From NCBI RefSeq assembly GCF_009914755.1, contig NC_060931.1: DNA of 64,000 bases. One strand, 5' to 3'. The position numbers and the translations under genes were made by a program. Under the pieces are notes generated by a model. That model did not search any database, was not told the DNA's origin, and saw only the letters and a program-made list of their open reading frames with translations. Source of the DNA: the human T2T-CHM13v2.0 reference genome, Homo sapiens. Below are positions 41,990 to 54,290 of this stretch, piece by piece (the stretch's first letter is position 1; every line of letters begins with the position of its first letter).

Positions 41990-42541
41990 CTAGGCATTCT
42001 GTCTTCATATACCACATTCTTTCCCATACTCCTTGGCTATTATTTTTACACAGTGCAGATATTTATTTTGTTTTTTAAAATAATATATAATGCCACTATT
42101 TATGGAGTATAAATCAATTTGGCTATTACATGTTTGCCTAAAAGAATTTCTGACATTTATTTTAGTACAAAAATGTTCCTAAATAGCAAATAAATTTCTG
42201 TTATTATTTTGTTAGAATTCTTTTGGTGTACCTATTTGCTTCTCCCTCAAAAGTGCACGTCTGCAAGAATACTTGTGCAGGCAGTCCAGGGTGGACAGAA
42301 AGGTCTGTGGGAGAAAAAAATGTAAAGATTGAACCTGAATATGGATTTTGAAATTGATGTGCTTTACCAAGAAATTTCAAGAGGAGAGAATGTATGCCTT
42401 TACAGAACCAATAAAATAATTATGGTATTTATTTTCCTTTGCCAATTATTGATTCATTAGTTCATATTAATAGATATCTTAATTTAAAAGTATTGGGGAG
42501 TTCTCCAATTATACCCTAAATGATCAAAGCATAATACATGC

Positions 42542-44820
42542 TGATATGGTTTGGCTGTGTCTCCACCCAGATCTCATCTTAAATTTTAGTTCTCATGATC
42601 CCCACATGTCATGGGAGGGACCCCATGGGAGGTAATTGAATCATGGGGGCGGTTATCCCCATGCTGTTCTTGTGATAGTGAGTTCTCATGAGATCTGATG
42701 GTTGTATAAGGATCTTTTCCTCCTTTGCTCAACACTTTCTCTCCTGCTGCCATGTAAAGAAAGATGTGTTTGCTTACCCTTCTGCCATGATTGTAAGTTT
42801 CCTGAGGCCTCCCAAGCCATGCAAAACTGTGAGCCAATTAAACTTCTTTTCTTTATAAATTACCCAGTTTCAGGTATTTCTTCATAGCAGTGTGAGAGCA
42901 GACTAATACACTAAATTGGTACCACAGAGAGTGGGGTGCTTCTTTAAGGATACACTTTGGAACTCGGTAATATGCAGAGGTGTAATGGTTTGGAGGGTGC
43001 TGAAGAAGATGGGAAAATATGGGAAAGTCTGGACCTTTGTAGAGACTTATTGAATGATTTTGACCAAAATGCTGATAGTGATATGGACAAAGAAGTCCAG
43101 GCTGAGGTAGTCTCAGGTGGAGATAAGGAACTTTTTGGAAACTGGAGTGAAGATGACTCTTGCTATGCATTAGCAAAGAGACTGGTGTCATTTTTCCCCT
43201 TCCCTAGAGATCTATGGAACTCTGAACTTGAGAGAGATGCTTTAGAATATCTGGCATAAGGAATTTCTAAGTGGTAAAGCATTCAAGAGGAAGCAGAACA
43301 TAAAAGTTTGAAAAATTTGCAGCCTAACAATGCTATTGGAAAGAAAAACCCATGTTCTGGGGAGAAATTGAAGCAGGCTGCATAAATTTGCATAAGTAAT
43401 GAGCAGCCAAATGTTAATCACCAAGACAATGGGGAAAATGTCTCCAGGGTACATCAGAGACCTTCATGGCAGCTCCTCCCATCATTGATTCAGAGGCCAA
43501 GGAGGGAAAAATGGTTTCCTGGGCTCAGCTCAGGGCCCCCTGCTCTGTGCAGTCTTGGGACATGGTGCCCTGTGTCCCAGCTGTTTCAGCGCCAGCCATG
43601 GCTAAAAGGGGCCAAGATACACCTCAGACCATTGCTTCAGAGGGTAAAAGCCCCAAGCCTCAGGGGTGTTTACATGGTTTCGGGTCTGCAGGTGCACAGA
43701 AGTTAAGAATTGAGGTTTGGGAGCCTCCACCTAGATTTCAGAGGATGTTTGGAAAAGCCTGGATGTCCAGGCAGAAGTTTACTACAGGGGTGGAGCCCTC
43801 ATGGAGAACCTCTGCTAGGGCAGTGCAGGAGGGAAATGTGAGGTTGGAGCCCCCACACAGCATCCCCCCTGGGGAACTGCCCAGTGGAGCTGTGAGAAGA
43901 GGGCCACCGTCCTCCAGACCCCAGAATGGTACATCCACTGACAGCTTGCACTGTGCACCTGGAAAAGCTGCAGGCACTCAACACCAGCCCAAGAAAGCAG
44001 CTGTGATGGGGGCTGTATCCTGCAAAGCCACAGGGGCAGAGCTGCCTAAGGCTGTGGGAGCCCACCTCTTGCATCAGCATGACCTGGATGTGAGACATGG
44101 AGTCAAAGGAGGTCATTTTGGAAATTTAAGATTTAATGATTGCCCTATTGGATTTCAGACTTGCATTGGGCCTGAAGCCCCTTTTTTTTGGCCAATTTCT
44201 TCTCTTGGAAAAGGTGTATTTACCTAATGCCTGTATCCCCGTTGTATCTAGCAAGTATAATGACTAACTTGCTTTTAATTTTTCAGGATCATAGACATAA
44301 GGGACTTGCCTTGTCTTGGATGAGACTTTGGACTTGGATTTTTGGGTTAATGCTGGAAGGAGCTAAGACTTTGGGGGACTGTTGGAAAGGCATCATTATG
44401 TTTTGAAATGTGAGGTCATGAGATTTAGAAGGGGCTAGGAGTGGAATGATGTGGTTTGGCTGTGTCCCCCACCAAATCTCATCTTGAATTATAGTTCCCA
44501 TAATCCCCAGATGTCCTGGGAGGGACCTGGTGGGAGGTAATTAAATCATGGAGGCAGTTACCCCCATGCTGTTCTTGTGATAGTGAATGGATTCTCACAA
44601 GATCTGATGGTTTTATAAGGGGCTTTTCTGGCTTTGCTTGGCATTTCTCTCTCCTGCAACCTTGTGAAGAAGAATATATTTGCTTTCTCTTCCACCATTA
44701 TTGTAAGTTTCCTGAGGCCTCCCCAGCCATGCAGAACTGTGAGTCAATTAAATCCCTCTCCTTTATAAATTAACCAGTCATGGACAGTTCTTTATAGCAG
44801 CATGAGAACAGACCAATACA
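42542..44820 (+). mobile_element. Full-length THE1C-like MaLR provirus (LTR 42542-42910, internal 42911-44446, LTR 44447-44820)
   Basis: Two LTRs tgatatggtttggctgtgtc...gactaataca; TSD catgc / caagc (4 of 5); ORF 43466..44227 is the MaLR internal ORF. Confidence 0.93.
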
Positions 44821-44828
44821 CAAGCCTA

Positions 44829-45337
44829 TGTGCATTGTGGACACTGCTCTTACTCTGCACAGGTCTCTGGCTCCCACCTGAAAGTTCTGTTCACACCTCC
44901 CTTCATTACTATTTGCTTTTGCTTCCAAAGATCCTTTGCCTGGGACTTGTTTTGGAGACCTGCTCTTGGACTACTAGAACCTCCTGGAGCTACTTTGTGG
45001 ACACAAAGGAAGCAGAAGTACCTGCAATTTTATATTCACATGAGCAACCCAGAGCCAGTGACTAACTTGTCAAAGAGTGTGAAAACCCAGCTCCTTGCCC
45101 AGTCTTGGGACAAACTCTCAGATATCACTTATACTCCAGCATCTGCCTGTAGGATCTAGCCTAACCTTTCCTGCCTGGGACTCAGCCTAAAATTTTCCTT
45201 ACTCTTGAATGTTTTAATCTTTCCATTTCTTTTTTCCTTCCTCTCTTGCTCATTTTTTTCCTGGGAGCACTTCCTGAATAACTCACTTGCCCAAGAATCT
45301 TTGTTTTACTGTTTGCTTCTAAAGAATTGGCCTAAAA
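44829..45337 (+). mobile_element. LTR16-family ERVL solo LTR
   Basis: ggaagtacctg...gccagtgactaac...aaaacccagctccttgcc...cctgggagcacttcctgaataactcacttgc...gtttgcttcta. Confidence 0.75.
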
Positions 45338-45394
45338 TGTATACTACATGATTTGCAAATGTTAAATTCTGATTTTAGCCTCTGTATCAATTTT

Positions 45395-45696
45395 CTAAAG
45401 GGGTCTATATGTTTCTTCTGGAGGCTCTGGGGAGAATTAGTTCCTTGGGGTTTCCAAGTACATTCCAAGTATCTCCCAACCTCTGCTTCCATCAGCAAAT
45501 CTCTCCTGCCTCTGCCTTGCAAGGATCTTTGTGGTTACGTTGTGTCCACCCTGATAATTCAGGCTGATCTCCTCATCCTGAAGCCTTTAATTAAAGCAAA
45601 TCTGCAAGTCCCTTTTGCTACATAAGATAACATGTTCATAGGTTCTGGGGATTAAAATGTAGAAATTTGATGAGGTGGACTATTCTCTTTACCATA
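45395..45696 (-). mobile_element. MLT1C/D-like LTR fragment
   Basis: ttctggaggctctggggagaat...gataattcaggctgatctcctcatc...atctgcaagtcccttttgc...ggttctggggatta. Confidence 0.75.
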
Positions 45697-46964
45697 GCAA
45701 CTCAGAAAGATGACCTTCTCTGAAATTTTATTAATCTCCTGTTTGTTACAGTCTTCTGTTACTTATACTCATAAGTGAAATTGACCTATCAGAGGTATTT
45801 TTGTGGGTCAGAGTTTTGTATAATATTGTTGTTAGTATAACATCATTTACTGAGAAAATTACTTTTTTCTTTGGTCTGAAACTTTTTACATTGCAAACAA
45901 TGATCAATGTGAAAAAACATGTATTTATAAAATCAAAATGAGTGTACAATGCTTGAAAGCTGTTCTTAAGATTAAAAAAAAAAAAACCCCACAACACAAG
46001 TTTTCCAATTATTTTCAGTATTTTTTCCCCATGAAAGTTTTTATTTCTTCTGTGCCAGTTCAAAGTCATTTGCATAGCATTTTATAGGATGTCATCTGTT
46101 TTCTTTCAAAATATACTGCATGCTCCTATTTTCTAATATAATGCTGTCTTTCTTTCCTTCTTGATTGTAAAGTGCATGGAATCTTATTTGTTACTATGCC
46201 TTTAAATGTCCTAGCTCTTAAATTTATAAATTCTGTTATTTACACATTTTCTCTTGCAAATGTTTTGAATGTAATATATTTAGGTTTGCTCATTTTTCCT
46301 TTGCTAGAATTGAATATTTAGCATATATTTTCTATTAAATGATAACTTGTTTTAGTTTTTGAAAATGAGATTATTAGTTTCATGCTGCCCTTCAACATTT
46401 CATTCAACTATATTTTGCTTTATTTGGAATAGCTGGAGAATTTTATAGATATACCATATATAACTGATCTCTTATTGCTACACATCGATATACTGTTCAA
46501 GTTTTTTGTATCAGAAAAAGCACTATAATAAACAAATTTATATTCACTTCTGTATGCTTTTATTTAAATTTCCTTAGAGAATTTTGACAAAAATCTTGAA
46601 GGAGAAATTGTCTGGGTGTTTTGGGGAAATTGTCTCTTCCTCTTTCCTAAACACAAAGATTTTACTTCCCATTTTAGGGCCTCTGATCAGCTCCCCACCT
46701 CCAGTACGGCCCCACAACTCAGCAAGTTTTCTTTACAGACATGTGTTTGTGGCCTCTTGGATTCCCAGTGCCCCACTCCATCACTGTGTGAGTGGATTTT
46801 TGTTGGGTAACATTTCTCCAGCAGAGACTCTCTGTGTTGGCCAAGTGTGGCCCTTACCTGTGCCAGAATCAGCAGATGCCCTAGGGAAGACCTGGCTAGA
46901 GAATGTCAGTTTCTCTTAGAAAGACATCCCTCTCTGAAATTTTAATTCATTTGGTCTTTGTTGC

Positions 46965-47100
46965 TTATTCATTCTGTCAGATAACACTGATTGAGCATCT
47001 ACTCTGTGCCAGAGACTAGGAAGTTTTTATGAGTCCAGAAAATACTTTCTAGCTCTTAAAATAATCAAAGACAAAGACTAAAATTACTACAGTGAGAGGT
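46965..47100 (-). mobile_element. LINE2 3' end
   Basis: ttattcattc...gattgagcatctactctgtgccaga. Confidence 0.6.
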
Positions 47101-47497
47101 AAGATAAGAAGAGTTTCATAAGAGGGGCCATGGACTGCTTATAAATTGGAGAATTCCAGGCATCAGTGCACACATTTGCATCCAAATCACTGTTTCTAGT
47201 AAAGCCTACAAATAATTGAGGCAAAAGTGCCTGGGGGCTGGATTAACTGGGCATATTTTCTCAATTCAGCACTTGTACTTGAGGGTGTTGACAGAGTGCA
47301 GAGGAGAATTGTAATCCTATTGACAAGACTGCTGTGAGAAAAAACTAATAAAAATGATGTGAAGACAAACACCCAAGTCCTGTTTCCCAGGGTTTCCAAC
47401 ATTAGCATAAATGAAGGTCTGTTTTCAAAAACTCAGCAGAATCTTTATGCCAACAAATATATGAGAACTGATGTTTGGTATACACAGCCTTGAGGGC

Positions 47498-47540
47498 TGT
47501 GTGTGTGTGTGTGTGTGTTGTGTGTGTGTGTGCATGTGTG
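47498..47540. repeat. Interrupted (TG)n microsatellite
   Basis: Directly visible. Confidence 0.9.
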
Positions 47541-48849
47541 AAAGTCTGGCAGTTCTCTGTATTCAGGGACATATATGTATGTATGCATCGGATGGCAGGG
47601 ACTTGGAATCAGAGCACATGAATAATCTCTTTGCAACCTAATGATGGTGTGGCCTCTGACAAGTGACACGGAAAATCCAGGCTTCCACTTACTTTTCTTG
47701 CTATTGAAAATAATTATTTGCCTCATGGAGCCATCTTGAAGTTGAGGTGAAATAACACCTGCCATAATGGAGTTGTCTCTAAGAAAAGTAAACACTGAAA
47801 CAGGCTTCTTTTTCAGAACAATGACACTTACCTGGACCTAGGGTCCTTCTTAACCACATTTAATCATCATAATAAGTGATAACCACAATAATTGATGGCC
47901 ACAGTAAGTACCATAATAGTACCAATTGCTAATATCTCCTCAATGCCTCATTGCACACTCCCAGTCCCCACTTTGGCCAGGCACCACCTGCTTCTCTGCC
48001 ACAGTAAGATTACAGTATGCTGCCAAGATCACTACAAATCCAGCTGAACTAAAATGCAGAAATAAGAGGGATGAACCCTGTTCCCCAGTTTAAGAGCCAG
48101 TTCTGGAGGTGAGACCAATTGGTAGAGCAGGTAAACAAGAAGAAATGGACTGAAACTAAAATCACACAAAACCATCTGAGAAATACCTGGAAGCACCAAG
48201 CCCTCAGAAGATCTACCAGTTCTTAAAACATGGGCTTAGATTTGCACATTATACTAAAAAGCATACTCATTCCTTTTTGGTTTCCTTTTTTCATTGTCTT
48301 AAGGTTTTTGATTAGTGCCACCCTGTTGAAGTCACCATGATTTTTCCTATTTCCTGAAAAGCTTTCAATATTTCACCATTAAGTGCTGAGAAATGTAAAA
48401 GAAAAATCTATTTACAGTTCCACTCGTTTAGAGGATACCAAACTTGAATGTTGTCTTTTATCACAGTTCTTCTTTTTACCACCACCTGCAGCTCTTTAAA
48501 GACCATGAACTTTGAATGGTTTTAGTATGTCAAACACTTACTGAGCCTACTGAGTAATGAATGATGGAAATTCCTTAAATCAATGGTATACAAATGATGG
48601 CACTGATTCTATCCTCTCCAGGGCATTAGTTTTCAGTGTTTGATTGGTATCCCATCAAAACATGTACTCCTCCACTCTGCAATATCTACCAATGAAATCT
48701 TCCGAAGTCCCCTCCTCTGGCTGCTCAATGAAGTCCTTCACTTGTCTGTATCCCTTGCCTGGCAAGTTACTAAATTCCTTTTTCAGCTTTTCCTTTAAAA
48801 AAAAAACAACTTCAGGAGAAACTCCTCTATTTCTAGTTGTTTAAAATTT

Positions 48850-49290
48850 TTATTATGAATTGAAAACTGAATTCTACCATATTTTTCCCTGTACAATTTG
48901 GCTCTTATATGGTTTCTTTTTGTGTTTATTTAGTTTGCTAATATTTTGTTTAGAATATGTGCATCTTTATTTATTAAAGAGATGGGTGTGCAATCTCACT
49001 TTTTTTGAAGAATGTACACTCTTTAAGTTTTCTGGAAATCTTGGTATACGAGGGAAATATTTCTATATTGAATGTCTGGGACTATTTTCCAATAATATTA
49101 TGTAGTGCTGGAGTTTCTTTGTGGGAAGAATTTGGATAGTGAATTCTTTTAAAATAATGGTTAGATGATTTTTCAAGTTGTTGATTTTTCTTGAATGATT
49201 TTTAAGTTTTGTCCATTATCTAAAATTACAAAGTATTAGCATAAGGTTATTCATAATATATTTTAAATGTCTATTTAATATCTGCACAAT
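48850..49290 (-). mobile_element. Old L1M ORF2 remnant
   Basis: tttgctaatattttgtttagaatatgtgcatctttatttattaaagagatggg; gctggagtttctttgtgggaaga. Confidence 0.55.
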
Positions 49291-49349
49291 CAACCCCCAA
49301 GAGAGACAATCTGCATTTTTGGTCCTGAGATAAAATCACTAACTGTTAA

Positions 49350-49745
49350 ATTTGAGCTCTCTCCCCCATAGCAGGAGTGAAGGAAGACTGAATGGACAAG
49401 TGTGGGGTGGAGGTTGTGAAGGTTTTCTTTTGATTGCTTCTATTTTCTTGGTGAAATGAAAAGCAAGGTCATGGGCTGAGAGTGAGTAGGTACCAGGGAG
49501 TATCAAGGACTGGAAGAGAAGAATGAGTTATGGAAGAGTTGTCTCAGAGAGTAAAAGGAGGAAGTGACCAGGAATATGTTGTATGATTTCCAGGCAGCTT
49601 GAAGTAGTTGTTGAAGGCTTATGGTCATAAAATCCAAATGACATCAGACCCTGTGGCTGTGTGTTCCTCCATGTGTGGAATAGATAGAGAGCTGGATGTA
49701 ACTCCAATTGAGATTCTGGCCTGTAAGGGTGAAGAAGTCAGAGTT
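49350..49745 (-). mobile_element. LINE2 ORF2 remnant
   Basis: tgattgcttctattttcttggtgaaatgaaaagcaaggtcatgggctgagagtgag. Confidence 0.7.
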
Positions 49746-50427
49746 TGCTGGATTGGACCAATTACTAATAAATAAATAATGCTCATATTCTTTTGTTTTG
49801 TTAATACTTGCTGCCTTTAATTTTATATTATCTAATAAAAAGTTCCTTTATTTTCAATTTTGCTTTATATTTTAATATATTTGGCCATCCTTTAATTTTT
49901 AATCATTTTGTGCCATTTGGCTTTAGAAAACATATCTCTTGAAAACAGGACAAAACAGGTGGTGATGCACTCTTTCTTATTCTTGCAAATTGCATTGTGT
50001 TCTTCCTTGCTGTTTTTATTTCCTTTTTATGCTATCTTAAATTCTCATGTCTTCTCCCATTGGTTTGAAAATTATAATTTTAATATTTACACTCTGATGG
50101 TTTCAAAACATACTTGATACTTTGTCTTTAACTACATTAGAAATGAAAATAGACAGCACAATATTTTCCAAAGGAATGCGAAAATTTATTACTTTTGTTC
50201 TCACTATCCTCTTTCTCTCTAAAAGTATTATTTAGTTGTATTAAATTTTTACTAATACGGAATTTTTGAATAAGGTGTTTACTATTACATTTTTATATTG
50301 TAATAGTTACTTTATTCACCAATCAGGGAAATAGAATGTTTTTAATTTATTTCACAATTCATTACTTACTATCTTTGAAATAATACGTTTCTCCTGTCTT
50401 TGAATAGTATCCTGGTCACATAATGAA

Positions 50428-50590
50428 AAACTTCCCAAACTTAGTATGCACACAACTCACTGGGATTTTGTAAAAAGGCAGATGATGACTCATTAGGTCT
50501 GGGTGGGCCTGAGATTACACATTTTTAACAAGCTCCAAGATGGTACAGATGAGCAGATTGTCTCATTTGCCGATCACTTTGTATAGCAGG
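50428..50590. mobile_element. MER5A/B (hAT-Charlie)
   Basis: cttcccaaacttagtatgca...taggtctgggtgggcctgagattacacatttttaacaagctcc...cactttgtatagca. Confidence 0.8.
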
Positions 50591-51637
50591 AAGATAGAGT
50601 GTTTCCTTGAAAACCTTCTCCTAAGAACAGTGCACAGCTAGTATAGTTTCTGAGTTCTTGCAGAAACTGAGACTATTCCAAGACTACTGTATCATTACCC
50701 TTGTGCAATGACAGTAGTCTGCCTAGCTGATTGTCTTCTGATGTCACAGCATTTTTTTTTCTCATAGATTTTCTTGTTGTAATTTTTCAGAAAGATTGCT
50801 TTTTAGGAGATGGAAATGGATCATATGAGTAAGAACGTGCATTCAGTGAGACATACTATTTTGTGTCATATTTTGTTGACTTTAAATTGTGTAAACTTTT
50901 TGCATTAATAGTGTTTAATGTGTAAAGTACATCCCACTTGATGATATGTTTCTAAAGTTCATTTGTTTATTTTAATCCAACAAACATGGAAAAAGAGTTC
51001 TGTGAATAGCATCCTTCCAAACATACGTGATACAGCACTGATTAAAATCAGCAAAATTCCAACCCCCAAGGAGCTTAAAAGAAAAAAATATCCTGGAATT
51101 AAGCAGTAATAGTGGAGATCAAGAGGTCTGAATGCATTCAAATACCTTTTAAAATTAAAAATTGCAAGAATAATTTGTAAGTATCTTAGTCTTTGGTCTT
51201 TTATCAATTTAGCTTGTCTGCTTATTACTGAAAATTATGATTGACTTTATTAATTTATATGATCTCTTTATATAATGTGGAAAATAACTGTTATATTTAA
51301 ATATTGTGTTTATTTTTTAAAATTAAGTTTGATTTTTTATTTAACCAAAGTTTTTAAATATTTAAATGGTAGAATCTTTTGCTTCATGTGTTTGTATTTT
51401 CTTCTCTGTTTGGGAAATCATATTGTACATATAATTTTGGGTCACAAACTATTTGGCTGACTTTAAATTGTGTAAACTTTCTGCATTAATATTTTGAAAC
51501 ATGTAGTGTTTGATGTATAAAGTATCAATTTTTATCCTTTGAATGCCATTACATTGTCTTTGTTTCTTTATATAGTCATATTTATTATGTGCTCTTTAAA
51601 CCAGTTTTCCTAATGTCAGATTAAAAAACAAAAAAAG

Positions 51638-54290
51638 AAACTTTTGTTTTAAGTTCAGGGGTGCATGTGCACATTTGTTATATAGTTAAAATCATGTCAC
51701 GGGGTTTGATGTGTAGATTATTTTGTCACCCAGGTACTAAGCGTAACACCCAATAGTCATTTTTACTGCTTCTCTCCCTCCTCTCACCCTCTGGTAAGCC
51801 CCAGTATCTGTTGTTTCCTTTTGTGTCCTTGTGTTCTCATCATTTAGCTCCCATTTATATGTGAGAAGACATGGAATTTGGTTTTCTGTTCCCGCATTAA
51901 TTTGCTAAGGATAATGGCCTCCAGCTCCATCCATGTTCTCGCAAAGAACATGATCTTGTTCTGTTTCATTCCATACATAGTATTTCATGGTGTATATCCA
52001 GATTTTCTTTATCCAATATGCCATTGTCTTTGAAAGTCTCTAAGAACTTGTTGGGTGCATATGTATTTTGGATAGTTAGGTCTTATTGTTAAACTGCACC
52101 CTTTACCATTATTAAATGCCCTTCTTTGTCTTTTTTGATCTTTGTTGGTTTAAAATTTCTTTTGTCTGCAATTAGGATTGTACCCTCTGCTTTTTTATGT
52201 TTTCCATTTTCTTGGTAGATTTTTCTCCATCCCTTTATTTTGCAGAAGTTCTCTGCATTTCCTGAATTTGAACGTTAGCTTCCCTAACTAGGTTGGGGAA
52301 GCTATCATGGATGATATCCTAAAATATGTTTTCCAGGTTGCTTCCATTCTCCCCATCTCTTTCAGGGACACCAGTGAATCACAGATTCAGTCTCTTTACA
52401 TAATCCCATATTTCTTGTAGGTTTTGTTCATTTTGTTTCATTTTTTTTTTTTTATTCTTGTCTGACTGTCTTATTTCAGAAAGCCAGTCTTCAGGCTCTG
52501 AGATTCTTTTCTCAGCTTGGTCTATTCTACTCTTAATAGTTGAAACTGCATTATGAAATTCTTGCAGAGTGTTTCTCTGCTCTATCAGGTCAGCTATATT
52601 CTGTTCTATACTGGCTATTTTGTCTGTCAGCTACTGTATCATTTTACTGTGATTCTTAGCTTCCTCCAATTTGGTTTCTCTGTTCTCCTGACTCTGGATG
52701 ATCTTTGTGCCTATTCATGTTCTGAATTCTATTTCTGTCATTTCAGCCATCTCAACACTGTTGAGAACCATTGTTGAAGAACTAGTGCAGTCATTTGGAA
52801 GAAAGAACATGCTCTGGCCTTTTGAATTTTCAGAGTTCTTGTACTTGTCCTTTCTCATCTTTGTGGTCTCATGTTCCTTCAGTCTTTGAAGTTACTCTCC
52901 TTTGGATGGGTATTTTTCCCTTTTATTTTATTTGATGACTTTGGGGGTTTGGTTGTGGTATAAGGTGGGTTCAGTTGACTGGCATTGTGAATGGAAGATT
53001 TTAGGGGGCCTTGGCTCAGCCCAGAACTCCTGAACTGCATGCTCTAACTCTGGGGTACTGTTATTGCCCTGGCTTTTATCTCTGGCCTCTAGAGATTAGA
53101 AGCCTGCTGCACTGGAGGGGCAGTTGCTCTTGGACTACTGGTCATAACACTTCGAAGGGCGGGGCCAGCCAAAGTACTTCATAGGGTGGTGGCAGTGGAA
53201 CCTGTCCTTGTTGGCATGTGCCAGCAGCAGCAGTGGCAATGAGACAGGGTGCACACTTGTCAGCTGGGCAGGGTGCTAGTGGGTGCTGGGGTGCCAGTTT
53301 CTGTGCAGGCGTTCACAGCAGCAGTGGTGGTGGTATGACTTGGGTGGATGGCAGCCCTCACCGGTGACTGTGTGTTCATGCTGGTGGTGGTATTAGCATG
53401 GGGGCAGGGGGACTGGTGGACTCAGGACTGTATGTCTTTGAGTGTTCAGGCTGGTGGTCGTGGCTGCTAAGGGCTGGGGTGGTCTGCCTTTTTCCGCTGT
53501 CTAGTTTGTGGCTGGCAGCAGTGTCAGTGCAGGGATGTGGTGCTGGTGGGGGCAGGTCTGGCAGGCTCCATGCCCATCAACACTACCACATCACTGGCGG
53601 TGCCGCTTGGGGGTGAGGGTTTAGGGTGCACTCACACCTGCAGCAGTGGCACTGCAGGGTGCACATGCACACGTGTACTGCTGTGGAAGGAAAGGTTAGG
53701 TCTGCCGGTGTACACATGCTCCTGCAGAGCAACGTTGCGGGTGGCTGTGGTCAACTGCCTGCAGGCGAAGCAGCATGGGGGAGGCTGTAGTGCTAGGGAG
53801 GGTGTGAGTGGGCTGTTGAATGTCCATAAGGGCTGCTCTGCTGGAGCACTCTGCCATCAGGTGGTCCTCTAGCATAGGAGCTATGATGTGGGCCCCCAGG
53901 AGGTAACTGGCCTACACCAAACCCTCTGGGCTCTGCACCTGCTGGAGGTATGCCCCTACCACTTCTCTAATCAGCTTTCAAGTGTCTGTGGTGGTTGGGA
54001 GTTTCCTCCTGCCAGAATTACCGAGGCCTATGGTGAGAGCGAGTTGCTCCTTGCCTGTTCAACTCACCTCCACTGCAGGAGTCCTGGGGGGCCAGGAATG
54101 AGTCCTGGTGCGCAGTTGTCCCATTCAGGGTTCCCAACTTCCTTCACCTTCAGCCTGTGTTCTGTGTCTTCCCTCTATCTGTTGTCAATTCCTTCCTTCT
54201 GAATATCTGCTAGGAGTGCGCCAGTCTTTCAGATGTCCCGGTCCCTTAGTGTGAGATGTTCTTCCTGGCTACGTCTAGTTGGCCATCTTG
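51638..54290 (-). mobile_element. Older primate L1 (L1PA12-16-like) with both ends but large internal deletions
   Basis: 3' UTR and ORF2 end 51638-52026; endonuclease fragment 52027-52242; ORF1 N-terminal half 52243 to about 52950; GC-richer 5' UTR ending ctagttggccatcttg. Confidence 0.85.

Noticed and set aside
53000-54290. GC-richer stretch resembling a promoter or CpG island
   Set aside because: CpG-depleted 5' UTR of the old L1PA element
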